From positions 1-34,243 of the IMG/VR virus record IMGVR_UViG_2859810971_000006: a DNA stretch of 34,243 bases. One strand, written 5' to 3'. Under the pieces are notes generated by a model. The model saw only the letters and a program-made list of their open reading frames with translations, was not told where the DNA came from and made no database searches. The DNA comes from a virus. Lineage: Duplodnaviria; Heunggongvirae; Uroviricota; Caudoviricetes. Positions 29,278 through 34,243 of the stretch are shown here, piece after piece (position 1 is the stretch's first letter; each line of letters begins with the position of its first letter). The position numbers and the translations under genes were made by a program.

Positions 29278-29781
29278 TTACTGATAGTGTTTTATGTTCA
29301 GATAATGCCCGATGACCTTGTCATGCAGCTCCACCGATTTTGAGAACGACAGTGACTTCCGTCCCAGCCTTGCCAGATGTTGTCTCAGATTCAGATTATG
29401 TCGCTCAATGCGCTGAGTGTAACGCTTGCTGATAACGTGCAGCTTTCCCTTCAGGCGTGATTCATACAGCGGCCAGCCATCCGTCATCCATACCACGACC
29501 TCAAAGGCCGACAGCAGGCTCAGAAGACGCTCCAGTGTGGCCAGAGTGCGTTCACCGAAGACGTGCGCCACAACCGTCCTCCGTATCCTGTCATACGCGT
29601 AAAACAGCCAGCGCTGACGTGATTTAGCACCGACGTAGCCCCAATGTTCGTCCATTTCAGCGCAGACAATCACATCACTGCCCGGTTGTATGCGCGAGGT
29701 TACCGACTGCGGCCTGAGTTTTTTAAGTGACGTAAAACCGTGTTGAGGCCAACGCCCATAATGCGTGCACTGGCACGACAT
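29278..29781 (-). CDS. insB: IS1 InsB (expressed as the InsAB' transposase by -1 frameshift at A6C)
   Basis: 167 aa; A6C frameshift motif in the insA/insB overlap (plus strand gtttttt at 29718-29724). Confidence 0.95.
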   Translation of the reverse strand: MSCQCTHYGRWPQHGFTSLKKLRPQSVTSRIQPGSDVIVCAEMDEHWGYVGAKSRQRWLFYAYDRIRRTVVAHVFGERTLATLERLLSLLSAFEVVVWMTDGWPLYESRLKGKLHVISKRYTQRIERHNLNLRQHLARLGRKSLSFSKSVELHDKVIGHYLNIKHYQ

Positions 29782-29975
29782 CCGACGCCATTCATGGCCA
29801 TATCAATGATTTTCTGGTGCGTACCGGGCTGAGAGGCGGTGTAAGTGAACTGTAGTTGCCATGTTTTACGGCAATGAGAGCAGAGATAGCGCTGATGTCC
29901 GGCAGTGCTTTTGCCGTTACGCACCACGCCTTCAGTAGCGGAGCAGGAAGGACATCTGATGGAAATGGAAGCCAC
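29700..29975 (-). CDS. insA: IS1 InsA
   Basis: 91 aa, Cys-rich N-terminus (CPSCSAT...CSHCRK). Confidence 0.95.
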   Translation of the reverse strand: MASISIRCPSCSATEGVVRNGKSTAGHQRYLCSHCRKTWQLQFTYTASQPGTHQKIIDMAMNGVGCRASARIMGVGLNTVLRHLKNSGRSR

Positions 29976-30127
29976 GCAAGCACCTTAAAATCACCATCAT
30001 ACACTAAATCAGTAAGTTGGCAGCATTACCCGCAATGTGATTAAGTCCATTCAGGCGTTCACCGGGGCTTAATGGAACAGTCGCCGCAGCGCCATTAATT
30101 GCCATAATTCATATCCCCAAAACGCAA

Positions 30128-30367
30128 CTATCGTTCTTTGTTCTTACGGTAACGTTCAAGAGGAGATACATTTTTTCGTATCGTCTCTTTAACCTGCTCT
30201 CCCCGTAAAAACGTCCCATCCTTTAGCGTGAAAAAGTAACTGCCATCGCCCGACAACGACGGATAACAACAGAGCAAATCATCTTCAGGTACTGAATAAC
30301 TCTCCCCTCTGTAACGAAACTGATAAACCACTTCACTTTCCGCTGCATACATTTTGACTTTCTCCAT
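30128..30367 (-). CDS. Hypothetical early-region protein
   Basis: 79-aa ORF; the internal ATG at 30352 has a GGAGAAAG Shine-Dalgarno; overlaps the 3' part of the upstream ORF out of frame. Confidence 0.35.
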   Translation of the reverse strand: MEKVKMYAAESEVVYQFRYRGESYSVPEDDLLCCYPSLSGDGSYFFTLKDGTFLRGEQVKETIRKNVSPLERYRKNKER

Positions 30368-30549
30368 TTCCCCGTGGTCAATTCAGACAGCAATTCATCT
30401 TGTGAACGGCACGGATGCCAGCGTTTACCATCCTCACCCATGATCCAGCCGTGACCGTAGTGCATTGCCGGGCTTTGTTTTACCAGCAGCGATGCAAATG
30501 ATGGTTCTTTCGTCAGCATAAGCACCTCACAGCAAACCGAATGAAGCAC
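30223..30549 (-). CDS. Hypothetical early-region protein (3' part overlaps the next ORF)
   Basis: 108-aa ORF immediately after the cII-like gene; overlaps 30223-30367 with the next ORF in another frame. Confidence 0.3.
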   Translation of the reverse strand: MLHSVCCEVLMLTKEPSFASLLVKQSPAMHYGHGWIMGEDGKRWHPCRSQDELLSELTTGKWRKSKCMQRKVKWFISFVTEGRVIQYLKMICSVVIRRCRAMAVTFSR

Positions 30550-31031
30550 CGAGGCCAGTCACGGTATCAACTGCACTCGCCATCGCAGGATTAGCCTGTA
30601 AACGGGCCTGCAATGAAACAGCCGCCAGCGCCATCAGTCGTGTTACAGAGTTAATGCTGCTGATAGCATCACGACGACCTGCACTGGTTTTTACATCGCC
30701 AGATACCGCACCTGCAGCAACACGCCCGATCTCTGCGGTTGCACTCATGACGTAATGTGGCAGTTTCTCTTTTGCTACCTCATTAATCGGTACACATGGC
30801 AGACAATGAATCTGTGCCAGAAAACCATCTACCAACGTTGAATCTTCAGTCAGATCGGTAAGCAGCCAGATTTCTGGTGCGGTTAATAAATGAGGTTGAG
30901 CTGGGTTCAGCTTGTTCCGCAGAATCTGCACATTTATGCCCGCACGTTCTGCCAGTTGCACCAGATTGTGGCGCAGTGCGAATGCACGACAGGCTTCATC
31001 AAAATGTGGATGTTTGGAAACTTGGTAATCA
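30527..31031 (-). pseudogene. CII-like helix-turn-helix regulator, split from its start codon by IS1 copy 2
   Basis: Removing IS1 and one copy of the duplication restores ATG TTT GAT TAC CAA GTT... ([12 protein letters not shown]..., about 169 aa) with a GGAG Shine-Dalgarno at 31800-31825; the insertion is after codon 4. Helix-turn-helix-like [19 protein letters not shown]. Confidence 0.5.
31024..31031. repeat. Target-site duplication (left) of IS1 copy 2
   Basis: ggtaatca immediately outside the left IS1 end. Confidence 0.7.
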
Positions 31032-31046
31032 GGTAATGACTCCAAC

Positions 31047-31550
31047 TTACTGATAGTGTTTTATGTTCAGATAATGCCCGATGACCTTGTCATGCAGCTC
31101 CACCGATTTTGAGAACGACAGTGACTTCCGTCCCAGCCTTGCCAGATGTTGTCTCAGATTCAGATTATGTCGCTCAATGCGCTGAGTGTAACGCTTGCTG
31201 ATAACGTGCAGCTTTCCCTTCAGGCGTGATTCATACAGCGGCCAGCCATCCGTCATCCATACCACGACCTCAAAGGCCGACAGCAGGCTCAGAAGACGCT
31301 CCAGTGTGGCCAGAGTGCGTTCACCGAAGACGTGCGCCACAACCGTCCTCCGTATCCTGTCATACGCGTAAAACAGCCAGCGCTGACGTGATTTAGCACC
31401 GACGTAGCCCCAATGTTCGTCCATTTCAGCGCAGACAATCACATCACTGCCCGGTTGTATGCGCGAGGTTACCGACTGCGGCCTGAGTTTTTTAAGTGAC
31501 GTAAAACCGTGTTGAGGCCAACGCCCATAATGCGTGCACTGGCGCGACAT
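31047..31550 (-). CDS. insB: IS1 InsB
   Basis: 167 aa; one residue different from copy 1. Confidence 0.95.
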   Translation of the reverse strand: MSRQCTHYGRWPQHGFTSLKKLRPQSVTSRIQPGSDVIVCAEMDEHWGYVGAKSRQRWLFYAYDRIRRTVVAHVFGERTLATLERLLSLLSAFEVVVWMTDGWPLYESRLKGKLHVISKRYTQRIERHNLNLRQHLARLGRKSLSFSKSVELHDKVIGHYLNIKHYQ

Positions 31551-31744
31551 CCGACGCCATTCATGGCCATATCAATGATTTTCTGGTGCGTACCGGGCTG
31601 AGAGGCGGTGTAAGTGAACTGTAGTTGCCATGTTTTACGGCAATGAGAGCAGAGATAGCGCTGATGTCCGGCAGTGCTTTTGCCGTTACGCACCACGCCT
31701 TCAGTAGCGGAGCAGGAAGGACATCTGATGGAAATGGAAGCCAC
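31469..31744 (-). CDS. insA: IS1 InsA
   Basis: Identical 91-aa product to copy 1. Confidence 0.95.
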   Translation of the reverse strand: MASISIRCPSCSATEGVVRNGKSTAGHQRYLCSHCRKTWQLQFTYTASQPGTHQKIIDMAMNGVGCRASARIMGVGLNTVLRHLKNSGRSR

Positions 31745-31799
31745 GCAAGCACCTTAAAATCACCATCATACACTAAATCAGTAAGTTGGCAGCATTACC

Positions 31800-31807
31800 G
31801 GTAATCA
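31800..31807. repeat. Target-site duplication (right) of IS1 copy 2
   Basis: ggtaatca immediately outside the right IS1 end. Confidence 0.7.
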
Positions 31808-31876
31808 AACATGGTTTTCAACTCCGAACTTATCGCAAAATCGAACTCAGCGTCTTATTGCGAAAATAGACGTCTA

Positions 31877-32080
31877 TTAAGCAGACAAAGCATCAACAGT
31901 CAGAGCAGCCAGGTTAATCATTACCTTTTCACGTTTTTTGTCTTTACGAAGACGATGACGAGGTAGTCGGCCATCAGCCAACATGTCGTTAATCGTATCA
32001 ATAGAAAGGCCAGTCAGTTCGCTATAACGTTCGATTGTGACATGTGGTGTATTCAGAGTAATTGAAATGTTAGGTGTCAT
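31877..32080 (-). CDS. Apl/Cox-like small helix-turn-helix protein (first lytic-operon gene; excisionase/switch repressor candidate)
   Basis: 67 aa; helix-turn-helix-like ERYSELTGLSIDTINDMLADGRLP and a basic tail; divergent from cI and directly upstream of the cII-like gene, as apl is in 186. Confidence 0.5.
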   Translation of the reverse strand: MTPNISITLNTPHVTIERYSELTGLSIDTINDMLADGRLPRHRLRKDKKREKVMINLAALTVDALSA

Positions 32081-32225
32081 AAGGCAACATTCCTTCTAGA
32101 TATGGCTTGTGGCGAGCCGTTGTTTGTCGTGATTAGTAGTAAAGGCTCCAAAAGAACACTTCTGGTTCAACTTTAAGATCGCTTTTGGAATCTGTCAACG
32201 AATTTTGGATTTCTTTGGAGGACTT

Positions 32226-32795
32226 GTGGATTTCAATAGCGGCGGTAAGAAAGCCATAGAACGTTTAGTTGAAGCATATGAGTTCGGTACTCGTCAGGCT
32301 CTCTGTGATCATTTAGGTGTTTCTAAGAGCACCATGGCAACGCGCTATATGCGTGATATTTTTCCAGCAGATTGGGTAATCCAGTGCGCCCTTGAAACGG
32401 GCACCTCGCTTAATTGGCTAACAACAGGGCATGGTTCAAAGCAAGCATCAGCAAATACAAATACTATAGAAGTAGAAAAATATTTATTGTCTGATGGAGC
32501 ATTGCAGAAAGACGGTTTTTATATTTTTGATAAGGGATTTCTACCCTCTACGTTTAAAAAACCTTTTGTCATCACAGATAACAATTCTGAATTTATTTGT
32601 GATAAAGAATTTGATGATATACGTGATGGTAAATGGGTAATAAGTATTGATGGCGAAATAACGATCCGTGACATTACTCGTTTACCCGGTGGAAGAATCT
32701 TCGTCGAGGGTGGAAACAGAGCCTTCGAATGCAAGATAGAAGACATTGAAATAATTGGTAAAATTATAAGTTTAACAGTCAAGTATGTTAAATAG
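32226..32795 (+). CDS. cI: 186-type CI immunity repressor
   Basis: About 189 aa from the GTG at 32226 (GGAGGA Shine-Dalgarno), or 196 aa from the TTG at 32205; N-terminal helix-turn-helix (QALCDHLGVSKSTMATRYM) plus a C-terminal domain; AT-rich; lies between the lytic genes and int. Confidence 0.65.
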   Translation: MDFNSGGKKAIERLVEAYEFGTRQALCDHLGVSKSTMATRYMRDIFPADWVIQCALETGTSLNWLTTGHGSKQASANTNTIEVEKYLLSDGALQKDGFYIFDKGFLPSTFKKPFVITDNNSEFICDKEFDDIRDGKWVISIDGEITIRDITRLPGGRIFVEGGNRAFECKIEDIEIIGKIISLTVKYVK

Positions 32796-32810
32796 TACCG
32801 GGAGGAAACT

Positions 32811-33002
32811 ATGCTTGGTAAGGTATTTTTTGTGGTTTTGTCATGTTCTTTGTTATTAAACCCACTAACTACCTATGCTAGAAATTATCCCTGCTCAGGG
32901 AAAAAGGGAGGTGTTTCTCACTGTACCTCAGATGGCAAATTCGTTTGCAATGATGGAACTATTAGTAAATCCAAAAAAATCTGTACTAAAAACTCACGAT
33001 AA
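32811..33002 (+). CDS. Small secreted cysteine-rich protein (lysogeny-operon cargo candidate)
   Basis: 63 aa; GGGAGG Shine-Dalgarno; signal-peptide-like N-terminus ([19 protein letters not shown]); mature part of about 40 aa with 4 Cys; AT-rich. Confidence 0.5.
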   Translation: MLGKVFFVVLSCSLLLNPLTTYARNYPCSGKKGGVSHCTSDGKFVCNDGTISKSKKICTKNSR

Positions 33003-33190
33003 CTTTTGTTTTTATATCTGCGTCTAAAATAAAAATGAGCCGCAGGTTAACCGCAAAAGTTACATGCTCACATAGCAAAAAGAATAGCCAACTTCATTAT
33101 GGCTTCAGTGAGATGTATGGTCGTAGGATTTCATACATTGACACTGGTTATACATACAGTAAAAATGCTCTCTACTGGAGGGCATTTTTT

Positions 33191-34243
33191 ATGGCAGTAC
33201 GAAAACTCACCACAGGGAAATGGCTTTGCGAATGTTACCCCGCCGGACGAAGTGGGCGTCGTGTGCGTAAACAATTCGCCACCAAAGGAGAAGCTCTGGC
33301 TTTTGAGCGTCACACGATGGAAGAAACCGAATCAAAGCCCTGGCTGGGCGAATCAGTGGATCGTCGAACCCTGAAAGACGTGGTTGAGCTATGGTTCAAA
33401 CTACATGGTAAATCTCTGACTGCTGGACAGCATGTCTATGACAAATTGCTGCTGATGGTTGACGCTCTAGGCAATCCTCTTGCAACCGATCTCACCTCTA
33501 AAATGTTTGCCCACTATCGAGATAAACGCCTGACAGGCGAGATCTACTTCAGCGAGAAATGGAAGAAAGGAGCAAGCCCGGTCACCATTAACCTGGAGCA
33601 AAGCTATCTAAGTAGTGTTTTTAGCGAACTATCCCGTCTGGGCGAATGGTCGTATCCGAACCCACTGGAGAACATGCGAAAATTCACCATCGCAGAAAAA
33701 GAGATGGCATGGCTTACCCATGAGCAGATTGTTGAATTGCTGGCTGATTGCAAACGTCAGGACCCAATTCTGGCACTGGTAGTTAAGATATGCTTAAGCA
33801 CAGGCGCACGCTGGCGTGAAGCCGTAAATCTTACCCGCTCACAGGTGACCAAATACCGAATTACCTTTGTCAGAACGAAGGGGAAGAAAAACAGAAGCAT
33901 CCCTATCAGTAAAGAGCTTTACGAAGAGATCATGGCGCTTGATGGGTTCAATTTCTTCACAGACTGCTATTTTCAATTTTTATCCGTGATGGAAAAAACG
34001 TCTATCGTGCTCCCTCGCGGTCAACTCACACACGTTCTGCGCCATACGTTTGCGGCGCACTTCATGATGTCGGGTGGAAACATTCTGGCCTTACAAAAAA
34101 TTCTCGGACACCACGATATAAAAATGACTATGCGTTACGCACATCTGGCACCGGATCATCTGGAAACGGCGCTCCGTTTCAATCCTCTGGCAACGCTGCC
34201 AAGTGGCGACAAAGTGGCGGCAGCGGTTGGCATTACCCCGTAA
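33191..34243 (+). CDS. int: Tyrosine integrase (P2/186 Int family)
   Basis: 350 aa from the ATG at 33191 (MAVRKLTTGKW..., GGAGGG Shine-Dalgarno); C-terminal catalytic motifs (...LSTGARWREA..., HVLRHTFAAHFMMSGGNILALQKILGHHDIKMTMRYAHL); stop at the last three bases of the window. Confidence 0.9.
   Translation: MAVRKLTTGKWLCECYPAGRSGRRVRKQFATKGEALAFERHTMEETESKPWLGESVDRRTLKDVVELWFKLHGKSLTAGQHVYDKLLLMVDALGNPLATDLTSKMFAHYRDKRLTGEIYFSEKWKKGASPVTINLEQSYLSSVFSELSRLGEWSYPNPLENMRKFTIAEKEMAWLTHEQIVELLADCKRQDPILALVVKICLSTGARWREAVNLTRSQVTKYRITFVRTKGKKNRSIPISKELYEEIMALDGFNFFTDCYFQFLSVMEKTSIVLPRGQLTHVLRHTFAAHFMMSGGNILALQKILGHHDIKMTMRYAHLAPDHLETALRFNPLATLPSGDKVAAAVGITP

Larger units (their letters stand above)
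29263..30030 (-). mobile_element. IS1: IS1 copy 1 (768 bp), no target-site duplication
   Basis: Terminal inverted repeats GGTAATGACTCCAACTTA... and ...TAAGTTGGCAGCATTACC; insA and insB ORFs; 8-9 bp flanks differ (aatgcgcg versus cgcaatgt). Confidence 0.95.
31032..31799 (-). mobile_element. IS1: IS1 copy 2 (768 bp), with 8-bp target-site duplication
   Basis: Same terminal repeats as copy 1; flanked by direct repeats GGTAATCA at 31024-31031 and 31800-31807; differs from copy 1 by at least one base (InsB residue 3, Arg versus Cys). Confidence 0.95.

Noticed and set aside
33035-33190. N-terminal extension of the integrase ORF (MSRRLTAKVTCSH...)
   Set aside because: The ATG at 33191 has a proper Shine-Dalgarno and begins the conserved integrase N-terminus; the upstream in-frame region is AT-rich leader.
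1-34243. CRISPR arrays, tRNA or rRNA genes
   Set aside because: No short direct repeats with regular spacers and no tRNA-like cloverleaf candidates seen; the prophage junction at 3067-3301 contains no tRNA gene.

Overview
Enterobacterial (Escherichia/Shigella-type) chromosomal segment. Host genes ybjC, grxA, ybjM and ybjL occupy 1-3066. From about 3.1 kb to the right edge the window is a P2/186-family (peduovirus-like) prophage, lying in reverse P2-map orientation and running off the window after the integrase. Order: ogr; tail operon D-U-T-E/E'-FII-FI; an AT-rich acyltransferase moron in the Z/fun position; tfa; tail fibre H; baseplate I-J-W-V; S-R; lysis cassette; head genes X-L-M-N-O; divergent terminase P and portal Q; candidate cos; a LexA-box-controlled DinI-like (186 Tum-like) module; replication gene A; a dam remnant; two IS1 copies in the early region; apl/cox-like gene; 186-type CI repressor; a small secreted protein; integrase. 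The prophage looks defective: in-frame stop in the portal gene, tail fibre split over three frames, IS1 insertion in the cII-like gene, IS1-truncated dam. Most interesting are the acyltransferase cargo gene, the SOS module and the IS1-rearranged switch region. All protein identifications are from reading the translations against remembered family features; no database search was run.
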